This document shows positions 50,531 through 60,069 of a stretch of 64,000 bases of DNA, one piece after another. The first letter of the stretch is position 1; every line of letters starts with the position of its first letter. Source of the DNA: Armatimonadota bacterium (lineage in GTDB: Bacteria > Armatimonadota > UBA5829 > DTLH01); NCBI GenBank assembly GCA_039679675.1, contig JBDKUN010000003.1:28089-92088 (forward strand), read 5' to 3'. The notes under the pieces are model-generated. The model had not been told where the DNA came from, searched no databases, and was given only the letters and a program-made list of their open reading frames with translations. Made by a program: the position numbers and the translations under genes.

Positions 50531-50598
50531 GTATCCTGCGGGAACTAATATTGATGACTACTGAACAACCATCTGTAACTGCCGTTCCCGCAGGATAC
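50531..50598. repeat. 15-bp perfect inverted repeat with 38-nt spacer
   Basis: GTATCCTGCGGGAAC ... GTTCCCGCAGGATAC. Confidence 0.7.
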
Positions 50599-50622
50599 TT
50601 GAACTCCTTCGTGATGAGAAAT

Positions 50623-53295
50623 CTAACTGCTGATAGCTTCCAGCCTCTCTTCCAGCTTCGATTTCTTGTCCGTAAGCTCCGACTGAATGCGGCGCTCTTT
50701 TTCGACGATCTCAGCAGGCGCTCCCTTGAGGAATTTCTCGTTCGAGAGTTTCCCGTTCACCCGCGCAAGGTCTTTGTCGATGGATGCGATCTCAGAAGCG
50801 ATCTTCTTGGTCTCTTTCTCAACGTCTATCAGCCCGGCTACGGCCATGAAGACGCTGAACCCTGCCGTATGTGCTGAGACATACTGGCCCTTGTCTCCGT
50901 CAGGAGATTCGGACGCTACCTCGAAGGTTTCGACTCTCGCAAGCGACTTAATCCCATCCGCCGCCGCTTTCAACAGCTCTATCATCTCGGAATTGTCCGA
51001 AACAGCCACGATGTTAACGCGCTTGCTCGGAGCAACGCCAACTTCGGCGCGGAGGTTTCGTATCAGCTTTACGGATTCCATAACTGCCGCCATCTGCTGC
51101 TCGGCTTCGTCGTTCATAAGTATCTCATCAGCCTCAGGGAACGGCGCAACCATTATGCTCTCGCCCTCATGAGGCAGCGCCTGCCAGATTTCCTCTGTGA
51201 TGAACGGCATTACCGGGTGCAGCAGCCTCATTGAAGTCTCAAGTACGTGCCAGAGCATATACTGGACATGTTCCCGTTCGTCTGTCCTCAGCCTCGGCTT
51301 GGCGAGCTCGACATACCAGTCCGCAAACTCGCTCCACAGGAAGTCGTAAAGCGATCTTGCAGCATCGTCCATATCGTAATTGCCGAATCCGTCGTTCACT
51401 ATCTGCGCCACACGGTTCAGCCGGGAAAGAATCCACTTGTCTTCGAGCTTGAGGCCCATTGCTTCGGACTGCTTGCTGCCGAAGCCGCCACTGTAAGTGG
51501 CGAGGTCGAACCCTTCCAGGTTCATCATAACGAACCGTGAAAGGTTCCATATCTTGTTGCCGAAGTTCCGTGTGTTCTCGACTCTGGAGTCCGAGAAGCG
51601 CATATCCTGGCCCATTCCGGCCTGCTGGATGAGCGCGTAGCGTAGCGCGTCTGAGCCGAACCGCTCTATCAGGTCGAGCGGGTCTACTCCGGTCCCAAGC
51701 GACTTCGACATGCGGCGGCCTTCCTCGTTCAGCACTGTTGCGTAGATGTACACGTCGTGGAACGGGACGTTATCCATAAATTGCAGGCTCTGGAAGATCA
51801 TCCTGGCTACCCAGAGATAGATGATGTCCCTCGCCGTGATGAGCACGTTCGTCGGGAAGAAGTTTTTGAGCTCCGGCGTCTCCTTCGGCCAGCCTAAAGT
51901 GGCGAAAGGCCAGAGTGCCGACGAGAACCAGGTGTCCAGCACGTCCGGGTCTTGCTCTATGTTCGTCGAACCGCACTTCGGGCAGACATCGGCGGGTGTT
52001 TTCGATGCAAAATACTCTCCGCAGTCCGCGCACTTCCAGACAGGGATTCTATGGCCCCACCAGAGCTGTCGGGAGATACACCAGTCCTTGATATTTTCCA
52101 TCCAGTCGAGGTAAATCCGCGTGTATCGGTCCGGGACGAAGCGGACTCTGCCGTCTTTCACCGCATCTATGGCAGGCTGGGCAAGCTCTTTCATCCGAAC
52201 GAACCACTGCTCGGAAAGAAGCGGCTCGATTGTCGTGCCGCACCGCTGACACTTGCCGACTGAGTGGGTGTAATCCTCTATTTTTGCAAGAAGGCCCTTC
52301 TCTTTCAGCTCTTCGACGATTCGTTTTCGTGCCTCGTAGCGGTCGAGCCCTGCGTATTTGCCTGCCTCATCGGTCATCTTGCCTTCCGGGCCGATGACTA
52401 CAATCTGCGGCAGTTTGTGCCGCTGGCCGATTTCGTAGTCGTTCGGGTCGTGCGCAGGTGTGACCTTTACAGCGCCTGTTCCGAACTCCGGGTCGACGAA
52501 ACTGTCGTCCACAATCGGGATTTCGCGGCCGACAATCGGCAGGATCGCGGTCTTGCCGATGCACTGCATATACCGCTTGTCTTCAGGGTTTACAGCAACG
52601 GCAGTATCGCCGAGCATCGTCTCAGGCCGCGTTGTCGCCACCTGGATATATCCGGAACCGTCTGCCAACGGGTAATTGATGAACCAGAGGTGCGAATTTT
52701 CCTCTTCATACTCGACTTCAAGGTCCGAAATCCCCGTATGGCAGCGCGGACACCAGTTGACGACCCGTGCGCCTCGGTAGATATAGCCCTTGTCGAACAT
52801 TTTGACGAAGGCTTCCTGCACCGCGTCGGCGTAGCCCTCGTCCATCGTGAACCGCTCGCGCTCCCAGTCGAAGGAGCATCCGAGGCGCTTTAGCTGCATT
52901 ATGATCGTGCCGCCGTAGTGCTCTTTCCACTTCCAGACGCGCTCCTGGAACTTCTCGCGGCCTATATTGAACCTGGTTAGCCCTTCTTCGGCCAACTGCT
53001 GCTCGACCTTGTTCTGTGTCGCGATTCCGGCGTGGTCGGTCCCCGGCAGGATGAGGGTGTTGAACCCCTTCATCCGCTTCCACCGTCCGAGAACGTCGTG
53101 AATCGTGTAGCAGAGCGCATGGCCGATATGGAGCGACCCCGTCACGTTAGGCGGCGGGATGGTTATGCAGTAATTTTCACGTGAAGGGTCGATCTCGGCG
53201 TGGAAATACTTCTTGTCCAGCCAGTAAGCGTACCATTTATCCTCTACCTGGAAGTGATCATACACCTTCGGTAGTTTTTCATTATCAGTATTCAA
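50623..53295 (-). CDS. valS: Valine--tRNA ligase
   Basis: PPPNVTGSLHIGH, DWCISRQLWWGH, DTWFSS, RMSKS, and a C-terminal coiled coil. Confidence 0.98.
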   Translation of the reverse strand: MNTDNEKLPKVYDHFQVEDKWYAYWLDKKYFHAEIDPSRENYCITIPPPNVTGSLHIGHALCYTIHDVLGRWKRMKGFNTLILPGTDHAGIATQNKVEQQLAEEGLTRFNIGREKFQERVWKWKEHYGGTIIMQLKRLGCSFDWERERFTMDEGYADAVQEAFVKMFDKGYIYRGARVVNWCPRCHTGISDLEVEYEEENSHLWFINYPLADGSGYIQVATTRPETMLGDTAVAVNPEDKRYMQCIGKTAILPIVGREIPIVDDSFVDPEFGTGAVKVTPAHDPNDYEIGQRHKLPQIVVIGPEGKMTDEAGKYAGLDRYEARKRIVEELKEKGLLAKIEDYTHSVGKCQRCGTTIEPLLSEQWFVRMKELAQPAIDAVKDGRVRFVPDRYTRIYLDWMENIKDWCISRQLWWGHRIPVWKCADCGEYFASKTPADVCPKCGSTNIEQDPDVLDTWFSSALWPFATLGWPKETPELKNFFPTNVLITARDIIYLWVARMIFQSLQFMDNVPFHDVYIYATVLNEEGRRMSKSLGTGVDPLDLIERFGSDALRYALIQQAGMGQDMRFSDSRVENTRNFGNKIWNLSRFVMMNLEGFDLATYSGGFGSKQSEAMGLKLEDKWILSRLNRVAQIVNDGFGNYDMDDAARSLYDFLWSEFADWYVELAKPRLRTDEREHVQYMLWHVLETSMRLLHPVMPFITEEIWQALPHEGESIMVAPFPEADEILMNDEAEQQMAAVMESVKLIRNLRAEVGVAPSKRVNIVAVSDNSEMIELLKAAADGIKSLARVETFEVASESPDGDKGQYVSAHTAGFSVFMAVAGLIDVEKETKKIASEIASIDKDLARVNGKLSNEKFLKGAPAEIVEKERRIQSELTDKKSKLEERLEAISS

Positions 53296-53325
53296 CAGTT
53301 GCCTCCAATACTAACTATGTTGTTC

Positions 53326-53862
53326 TTTTGAATCGCGAAAAACGCGATGTAGCGCGAAAAACACGAAAACCCAAGCCGGAAGATTTGCTAATCAACCGCA
53401 GCATATCTTTCCTGCTCATTTACAAAACGCTTTACTTGTATCTTTGGCCCACCAAAGTTTATGAGGAGTGCCAATCGATAGCCGGATGCCTTGAGATAGC
53501 ATAGTGTCTGTATCATATCTTCAGACAATAGCTCCTTACGGGCTTTGATCTCCACGATGCAGTCCCCGACAACGAAATCGACTCTTCTGGTGTCTATGTG
53601 CTTGCCTTTATACATTACCGGCACATTTTCTTCTCGGGCAAAGTCAACCGACGCAGCTTCTAATTCCAATGCCAGGCTGCGCTGGTAGACGACTTCTTGA
53701 AAGCCGGGCCCGAGTTCCTTATGGACTTCGATAGCTGCTGCAATTATCCGGCCTGTAATATCCTCGAAGTCATACCCTTTGGTTGATAACGCACTGCTTC
53801 CCAAGTATCTGAGTTCTCCTTTCGCGTCTTTCGTGCGCTTTCGCGCATCTCGCGATTCAAAA
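53326..53862. mobile_element. Candidate 537-bp element: GxxExxY gene within 43-bp terminal inverted repeats
   Basis: 53326-53368 vs reverse complement of 53820-53862: 33/43 identical, ungapped, outer 13 bp (TTTTGAATCGCGA) perfect. Confidence 0.55.
53388..53804 (-). CDS. GxxExxY protein (PD-(D/E)XK nuclease superfamily)
   Basis: AAIEVHKELGPGFQEVVY, RVDFVV, IVEIK, YLKAS, LLINFG; TTG start after AGGAG. Confidence 0.92.
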   Translation of the reverse strand: MGSSALSTKGYDFEDITGRIIAAAIEVHKELGPGFQEVVYQRSLALELEAASVDFAREENVPVMYKGKHIDTRRVDFVVGDCIVEIKARKELLSEDMIQTLCYLKASGYRLALLINFGGPKIQVKRFVNEQERYAAVD

Positions 53863-53868
53863 TAACAC

Positions 53869-53894
53869 AAAAAGCCCCTCTTGGATCCTCATAC
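53869..53894 (-). repeat. Duplicated 3' half of the valS T-box terminator
   Basis: GTATGAGGATccaAGAGGGGCTTTTT vs GTATGAGGATgAGAGGGGCTTTTT at 56134-56157. Confidence 0.75.
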
Positions 53895-53914
53895 GAACCG
53901 CAAAATGCGGCAAT

Positions 53915-54445
53915 TTATTCGTCTTCGATTCCCAATTCATCGTAGATCTTGTTGATCCACTTCATGGCAGTCTTGGCAAGGGTGTCGCCGCCCTGCACAC
54001 TAATAAGGAGCATGGATTTATCGCCCTCAGGCTTTATCTGCACTTGTAGTTTAAGCTTTGACAGCCAGCCACCGAGTTCACCATTTATAGTAAGAGTTTC
54101 ATGGTCAATACTCTTGATCTTGCCAAGGTGCCCGATAACTTCTTTTACACATTCGAATGCCTCATCCGGCTTCTTATCGAAAGGAACTTCGTCCGCAATG
54201 TTTGGAGTAGAATTCGTCATCGTCGCACGTGGCACAGCATCAGTGCCAAGTATAGTAACGGCTCTTTCCAAGTCGGCCCTGTGCACCTGCACCACAATTC
54301 CGCCCATCGATCCTGGGGCTGTTGTAAGTTGGGATGTCATTTGGTTGCCTATCAGGCACTCTATTCCCTCAGATTCAAGCCTGAGCTTGGCCATTTCCGC
54401 ATCATTCGGAAACATGTATCTTGCTGCAACTACAATGTCGTCCAT
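53915..54445 (-). CDS. DUF2007-like domain + second alpha/beta domain protein
   Basis: DAEMAKLRLESEGI...VQVHRADLERA; N-terminus resembles the 50166 protein. Confidence 0.75.
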   Translation of the reverse strand: MDDIVVAARYMFPNDAEMAKLRLESEGIECLIGNQMTSQLTTAPGSMGGIVVQVHRADLERAVTILGTDAVPRATMTNSTPNIADEVPFDKKPDEAFECVKEVIGHLGKIKSIDHETLTINGELGGWLSKLKLQVQIKPEGDKSMLLISVQGGDTLAKTAMKWINKIYDELGIEDE

Positions 54446-54511
54446 TATCGGTCCTCTCTCCAGATGTGGGTGATATTCTACTGCTTCTTACATTAAATAT
54501 TCGGATTCGTC

Positions 54512-55303
54512 CTAAATACCCATCTCCTCAGCAGCCTTTTTGAGCATTCTGACACGGTTCGATACCTTAGGGTGATCTTCCAGTAGTTCTTTCTCATGAT
54601 TTTCTGTAGTCTCCAATGCAATCAGGTCAGCCTCATACTCTATGCGACGTTCAATCGGTAACGACATAGCGATGAAGATTATTTCTGCAACAATCGGGAC
54701 TCCATACACAATTACAAGCGATGCTATGCTGCCACTCACATAGAATACATAGAACAAATTAATCAGAAACAGTGCAGGTAGAAGAGCCATCAGCCAGGTA
54801 AACTTCATAGCTGCTTTCAACCTGCCCAATCTTTCCGTTTTAAGATGTGCCAGCTCATGCGCAAGCACCCACGACATCTCCTCTTCCGAAAGCACATCAA
54901 CCAGTTTGCGTGTAATGTAGATTATTTTACCTTTGAACTTCACCCAAGCGAGTGGATGGCGCATGCCATAGTCGCCTTCCAGTATCCTTACTTCACATAT
55001 TTTCACGCCGAGCCGGTCCGCCAATGATCGAGCGGCTGCCAGTAAACTATCATCAAGAGTAACCGGCTTCTTCGGCGGCATCACAATGAACTTCAGATAG
55101 AGCGGCAAGATTATCAGCGTAATAATCGTAGGTATTACATTCTGAACAACCTCACCTATTCTCAAAGGCAACATTCTCACCGGGTGTATAAAAACTACAT
55201 ATATACCAAATACCAGCAGCAAGCCAGCGAGGATGAGCCCGCGCTTAACCGCTCTAGGTACTTCCATTTCTACAGGCAACAGTTTTTCTATATGTTTTGA
55301 CAT
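54512..55303 (-). CDS. HtpX/M48-like membrane metallopeptidase
   Basis: Four TM segments, LAHELAH, EYEAD, HP...R. Confidence 0.8.
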   Translation of the reverse strand: MSKHIEKLLPVEMEVPRAVKRGLILAGLLLVFGIYVVFIHPVRMLPLRIGEVVQNVIPTIITLIILPLYLKFIVMPPKKPVTLDDSLLAAARSLADRLGVKICEVRILEGDYGMRHPLAWVKFKGKIIYITRKLVDVLSEEEMSWVLAHELAHLKTERLGRLKAAMKFTWLMALLPALFLINLFYVFYVSGSIASLVIVYGVPIVAEIIFIAMSLPIERRIEYEADLIALETTENHEKELLEDHPKVSNRVRMLKKAAEEMGI

Positions 55304-55332
55304 AGGCTGAAATCCTGATGTAACAACCTCTC

Positions 55333-55364
55333 TCGTGCAGTTTCGCGCATCTCGCGATTCAAAA
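55333..55364. repeat. Third copy of the GxxExxY-flanking repeat
   Basis: 55341-55364 identical (24 bp) to 53839-53862; 30/32 identical over the longer stretch. Confidence 0.8.
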
Positions 55365-55369
55365 CCACA

Positions 55370-56131
55370 TCAGGCCAATTTTCTTGCCTTCTTTGCTATC
55401 TCTTCGTCCGGGTCGTTTATCATCGCGGCTGCGATTTTTTCCAGATGGCCGTCATAATCGGGCAGCCAGGCTACTATATCGAGCAGCAGATTCTTCCTTC
55501 TCTTATCGCCGGATTTAATCCAGGCTGCCACTTGAGGGTCTTCCGGCCCACGGGACTCCCGGAGTACATTCTCGAAGTAGCCGTGAGTTATCAGGTCGGT
55601 TACGTCCTCATCGTCCGAATCGAGCAGTTTATCTGCAGCCTGCCATGTCAAATCAAGCCATTTTCCATTTTGACTTGCAATCCAGCTCAAGGCTACTACT
55701 GCCTGGTCGTCGGCATAATTCGCGATAATCTCAGAAAGGAGCCACACGTACCACTCGATGGTCTCTTCATCGTGAACGGTGAACATCAGGTGAGAAAGCG
55801 CTTCTTCGCGGACATCTTTTTCAGGATCGAGTGCCCAATTCTCGATGTTTTCCCAGTCCAGTTCAGCTCCGTCGAGCAGTGTGCTGACAGCAGTCTTTCT
55901 AATGCGCGGGTCAGTATCTTTAGAATACGCGAGCAGCAGCTCGACATCCTCAGCGGTCAGAGTGTAGTCCGGGTTGTCTTTCGTAGCATCGAAATAGCGT
56001 CTAGATGACTCTTCTATCAGCCTCGCCCGTTCATCGGCAGACAGCTTCGGCTCGACCGGCTCGAACCATCGTTGATCTTTCTTAATTACAGTGCGCTGCA
56101 CCTTTTTTACATTTTTTGATTTACCGGACAT
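55370..56131 (-). CDS. HEAT-like repeat hypothetical protein
   Basis: DTDPRIRKTAV, DPEKDVREEAL, DSDDEDV, DPDEEIAKKA; ATG 2 nt after the T-box U-tract. Confidence 0.7.
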   Translation of the reverse strand: MSGKSKNVKKVQRTVIKKDQRWFEPVEPKLSADERARLIEESSRRYFDATKDNPDYTLTAEDVELLLAYSKDTDPRIRKTAVSTLLDGAELDWENIENWALDPEKDVREEALSHLMFTVHDEETIEWYVWLLSEIIANYADDQAVVALSWIASQNGKWLDLTWQAADKLLDSDDEDVTDLITHGYFENVLRESRGPEDPQVAAWIKSGDKRRKNLLLDIVAWLPDYDGHLEKIAAAMINDPDEEIAKKARKLA

Positions 56132-56133
56132 AT

Positions 56134-56436
56134 AAAAAGCCCCTCTCATCCTCATACAAGGACGAGAGGGGCTTAGAAAGCACCTTCGTGGTACCACCTT
56201 GTTTCCCGCGTTAAGTTTCGCGGCTCATTCAGGCTATTACGGGCTTACCCGGCGAAAGTTACTCAACAGGTTCTTACCCTTCGGGCAAGGCGTCGGCAGC
56301 AAGCAGTCCGACGCAAATTGCCTTCACTTTCGCAGCTCCGGGGCGACGTTCGAGCGATGCCCTGCCGGGAGATTTCCAGCTGCCTCTCCCTCTCTATGAC
56401 CGGCCTTTCGCCTACTCTTCCCCTTCACAGCATTTC
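56134..56436 (-). ncRNA. Valine T-box riboswitch leader
   Basis: GCTGTGAAGGGGAAGAGTAG stem I, AGAGA and GCTG boxes, specifier GUC (56345-56347), T-box AAGGTGGTACCACG (56187-56200), terminator 56134-56174. Confidence 0.92.
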
Positions 56437-56441
56437 ACCGT

Positions 56442-56470
56442 ATCCTACCACTTTAACCGCATAGTGTAAA
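56442..56470 (-). promoter_or_regulatory. Promoter of the T-box leader
   Basis: TTTACA-17-TAGGAT immediately upstream of stem I. Confidence 0.6.
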
Positions 56471-56489
56471 GATCGCGGGATTCGGTGTC

Positions 56490-57485
56490 TTACTTCTTAT
56501 ATACGCTGTCGGCATATTTGGCAAACGACTCGCATGCCCACATCTGCCATTCTCTCTCGATGCCGAGGCTCTTGACGTCGCCATAGAAACCGGCCATGTA
56601 TCCGCCGTTGAAGCTTCCCAGCTTCTCGATATATTCCTTGGCAGCGGCCTGAATGTCCTCTTTGTTGCCCTTAGGCAGTTTCGCCTGTATGTCTACAGGG
56701 CTCCAGATCGTCACCCGTCCGCCGATAGTCTCCCGCAGGAAGTCTATTCCTGATCGCTCAGGCTGGTCGAGCTGAAGCACGTCCATTCCAAGGTCTCGGA
56801 GGTCAGGAATGATGTCCACTATGTAACCGCAGCAGTGATGGAACATTGCGATTCCAAGAGAGTGTGCATGGGCTACAAGCTCTTCGAACCCCGGTCTGAA
56901 CATCTTTCTCCAGAGTGTCGGAGAAACAAGAAGCCGCTCCTGTGTTCCCCAGTCCTCAGCGAAAATAACGCCGTCCGCTCCTGCCCACTTCCAGCAGTCG
57001 AGGCATCTCTTCAGGTGGTCGATCACCATCCGCTGCAGCCTCATGACCTCGTCCGGGTAAAGCAGCACATCGGCAAGGAAGACTTCCATAAGCCGCATAT
57101 AGCGCATAATGGCAAACGGGAACCCAGGCAAGCCGCCCAGGTGATATTTGTCAGGTTTATCTTCAAAAGCCTTTTTTGCTTGTTCGTAGCGGAACTGCTT
57201 GTCGTAAGTCGGCATCTTGTAATTATCCAGATCCGACCAATCCTTCAGTGCTCCTTCGATGACTTCTCCTCTGGTCGTGTTGTCGAACCGTTTCCAGACA
57301 TTGCCCCATTCGTCTTCCCACTGGGCTCCGTTTTCGACTTCCCATGTTCTGGATGGCTTCCAATCTGGGTCGCCGCTCTGGCCGGCCCACTGAAAATCAT
57401 CTGGATATGGCGCAGGCAGGCCCATCGGTATCCGGTCCGGTCCTGTAAAACTGATGCAGCGCTTTACGCGCTCTCTGCTGGTCAT
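56490..57485 (-). CDS. Uroporphyrinogen decarboxylase-like (MtaA/CmuA family) protein
   Basis: MTSRERV...PDRIP, DEWG, EDWGTQ, HCCG, VDIQ. Confidence 0.85.
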   Translation of the reverse strand: MTSRERVKRCISFTGPDRIPMGLPAPYPDDFQWAGQSGDPDWKPSRTWEVENGAQWEDEWGNVWKRFDNTTRGEVIEGALKDWSDLDNYKMPTYDKQFRYEQAKKAFEDKPDKYHLGGLPGFPFAIMRYMRLMEVFLADVLLYPDEVMRLQRMVIDHLKRCLDCWKWAGADGVIFAEDWGTQERLLVSPTLWRKMFRPGFEELVAHAHSLGIAMFHHCCGYIVDIIPDLRDLGMDVLQLDQPERSGIDFLRETIGGRVTIWSPVDIQAKLPKGNKEDIQAAAKEYIEKLGSFNGGYMAGFYGDVKSLGIEREWQMWACESFAKYADSVYKK

Positions 57486-57515
57486 TAAAATGCTCCTTCT
57501 AATTTACCAAAATCG

Positions 57516-57542
57516 AAAAGCCGGGATGCAAGGCACCCCGGC
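57516..57542 (-). terminator. lon terminator
   Basis: GCCGGGGTGC-CTT-GCATCCCGGC-TTTT on the minus strand. Confidence 0.75.
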
Positions 57543-57569
57543 CTGTTACATGCATACAATAATTGTATT

Positions 57570-59987
57570 CTACAGCTTAACTGATTTTTCCTTCCCGCCA
57601 TCGAGAAGTGCTATCGCAAGAACTTGATCGGCATGGTCGACCAGCTTTATGGTCAGGTCTGCCAGCACGTTTTCCGGTATCTCCTCCAGGTCTTTCTCGT
57701 TTTCCGCCGGAAGAATTACCGTCTTTATGCCTGCCCTGTGAGCTGCAAGCATCTTTTCTTTGACTCCGCCGATAGGCAGGACCCGTCCTCGAAGTGTTAT
57801 CTCGCCGGTCATAGCGACATCCTTCCGCACCCGGCGTCTCGTCAATGCCGAGGCAAGGGCAGTCGCTATCGTGATGCCTGCCGATGGCCCGTCTTTCGGG
57901 ATTCCTCCGGCGGGAACATGGATGTGAATATCCGTCCGCTGGGAGAACTCTTCGTCTATATCGAGGGCTCTCGCTTTCGACCGCACATAAGTGAGCGCAG
58001 CCTGGGCGGATTCCTTCATTACGTCTCCAAGCTGGCCGGTCAAGAGCAGCTTGCCCTCGCTGGACTTCAGCAGTCCGACTTCGATCTGGATTATGTCTCC
58101 GCCGAACTCCGTATAGGCAAGTCCTGTTGCTGCGGCGATTTCATCTTTCTCCTCGGCCATACCATAATGATATTTTCTCGTGCCGAGGTAAGTCTGGACG
58201 TCGTTTTCATCCACGACTGCGCTCTTAGTGCTGCCTTCAGCAACTTTTTTGGCTATTTTTCGGAAAATTGCGGATATTGAACGTTCCAGACCACGGACAC
58301 CGGCCTCGCGGGTGTATTCACGTATCAGTTTTCTGAACGCGGATTCTGTAACGGTGACATTATTCTTGGAAAGCCCGTTCTCCTTGATCTGCTTGGGCGC
58401 AAGGAACCTCTGGGCGATCTGCAGCTTCTCATCCTCGATATATCCGGGGAAGTGGATAATCTCCATCCTGTCCCGGAGTGGCGGAGGAATGGTGTCCAGC
58501 ACGTTCGCCGTCGTTATGAACATAACGTCCGAAAGATCGAACGGGACTTCGAGATAATGGTCGGAAAACGCATTGTTCTGCTCAGGATCGAGCGCTTCGA
58601 GGAGCGCAGCGGATGGGTCGCCCCTGAAATCCGCTCCGATCTTGTCGATCTCGTCCAACATGAAGACGGGGTTTCTGAAACCGCACTGCTTGATGCCCTG
58701 TATGATCCTGCCGGGGAGCGCGCCGACGTATGTGCGCCTGTGCCCGCGGATTTCAGCCTCATCCCTTATCCCGCCAAGCGATACTCTGATGAATTTTCGT
58801 CCAAGAGCCTTCGCGATGGATTTACCTATCGAAGTCTTGCCGACTCCCGGAGGGCCGACGAAACAGAGAATCGGGCCTCTCATAGTTCCAGCGAGCTTGC
58901 GCACCGCCAGGAACTCCAGAATCCGCTCTTTGACCTTCGCAAGCCCGTAATGGTCTTCGTCGAGAGTATTTGCAGCCGTATCCATTTCGAGCGTTTCCGT
59001 AGTGCTCTTGCTCCACGGAAGTGAGGTCAGCCAATCGAGGTAAGTGCGGACAACGACACCGTCCGGCGCTGCGTAGGGCATCTTTTCGAGCCGGTCGACC
59101 TCTTTCAGCGCGCGTTCCGCCACTTCCTGAGGCATTTTGGCTTCGTCGATCTTTGCCTTATACTCCTCGATCTCTGACAAACGCTCGTCACGGTCGCCCA
59201 GCTCCTGCTGGATGGCCTTCATTTGCTCCCTTAAAATGTATTCCTTCTGGGTCTCGCCCATCTCTTTCTCGACGCGGGAGCGGATGTTGCGGTGGATTTC
59301 GAGGATTTCGACTTCTCTTGCCAGAAGCAGGTTCAGCTTTTCAAGCCGCTCTTTGACCGATACTGTCTCCAGGATTTCCTGTTTGGATGATACGGGAACG
59401 GACAGATGGTGGGCAACAGTGTCCGCAAGCCGGGCTGGGTCGCTGATGCTGATGACCGTGATCATAGCTTCCGGCGGTATTTGCCGCCCGTTTTGGACTA
59501 TCTGCTCGAATTGGTTGATGATGCTCCGCTTGAGAGCTTCGATCTCGATGCCCGATGAAGGCTTCTCGTTCATCACGCTGACCCGCGCCTTCAAGAACGG
59601 CTCGGTGTGGCTGTATTTGGCGATTTTGACACGTTCCAGGCCTTCGAGCATGAGCCGTACGGCCCCGTCAGGAACTCTCAGCACCTGCATAACCTCGACC
59701 AGAAGGCCGACATCGTACAGGTCATTCGGCTCTGGGTCTTCTGTGGCAATATCTTTCTGTGCTACAAGGACCAGTTTCCTGCTCTTGGCCACGGCTTCGT
59801 CCAGGGAACGGATAGACTTTTCCCTGCCGACGAGCAGCGGAAAGAGCATGTTGGTATAGTATACCTGGTCGCGCACAGGCAGCACCGGATATACCCGGGA
59901 TTGTCGTTTGCTAGGTTTATTGTCTTCGAGTAGAGGCTCTTCGACAGCCAATAGGTTATCCGGTACAAGAGCTTTCTTGCGTGGCAT
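57570..59987 (-). CDS. lon: ATP-dependent protease La
   Basis: [29 protein letters not shown]. Confidence 0.97.
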   Translation of the reverse strand: MPRKKALVPDNLLAVEEPLLEDNKPSKRQSRVYPVLPVRDQVYYTNMLFPLLVGREKSIRSLDEAVAKSRKLVLVAQKDIATEDPEPNDLYDVGLLVEVMQVLRVPDGAVRLMLEGLERVKIAKYSHTEPFLKARVSVMNEKPSSGIEIEALKRSIINQFEQIVQNGRQIPPEAMITVISISDPARLADTVAHHLSVPVSSKQEILETVSVKERLEKLNLLLAREVEILEIHRNIRSRVEKEMGETQKEYILREQMKAIQQELGDRDERLSEIEEYKAKIDEAKMPQEVAERALKEVDRLEKMPYAAPDGVVVRTYLDWLTSLPWSKSTTETLEMDTAANTLDEDHYGLAKVKERILEFLAVRKLAGTMRGPILCFVGPPGVGKTSIGKSIAKALGRKFIRVSLGGIRDEAEIRGHRRTYVGALPGRIIQGIKQCGFRNPVFMLDEIDKIGADFRGDPSAALLEALDPEQNNAFSDHYLEVPFDLSDVMFITTANVLDTIPPPLRDRMEIIHFPGYIEDEKLQIAQRFLAPKQIKENGLSKNNVTVTESAFRKLIREYTREAGVRGLERSISAIFRKIAKKVAEGSTKSAVVDENDVQTYLGTRKYHYGMAEEKDEIAAATGLAYTEFGGDIIQIEVGLLKSSEGKLLLTGQLGDVMKESAQAALTYVRSKARALDIDEEFSQRTDIHIHVPAGGIPKDGPSAGITIATALASALTRRRVRKDVAMTGEITLRGRVLPIGGVKEKMLAAHRAGIKTVILPAENEKDLEEIPENVLADLTIKLVDHADQVLAIALLDGGKEKSVKL

Positions 59988-60017
59988 CGCGTGTCTCTTT
60001 TCTATAGGGTTTATGTG

Positions 60018-60043
60018 AAAAAGGCCGGGACTTCAGCCCGGCC
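60018..60043 (-). terminator. clpX terminator
   Basis: GGCCGGG-N7-CCCGGCC-TTTTT on the minus strand. Confidence 0.7.
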
Positions 60044-60069
60044 ACTGATTCGTAATTATAACATTTATG

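Noticed and set aside
53805..53870. N-terminal extension of the GxxExxY ORF
   Set aside because: It translates the inverted repeat; the SD supports TTG 53804.
53296..56131. Classical integron or CRISPR array
   Set aside because: No tyrosine integrase, no clear attC structure, no cas genes, and no regular repeat-spacer periodicity.
56132..56197. N-terminal extension of the 275-aa ORF
   Set aside because: Runs through the T-box and terminator; ATG 56131 is the more likely start.
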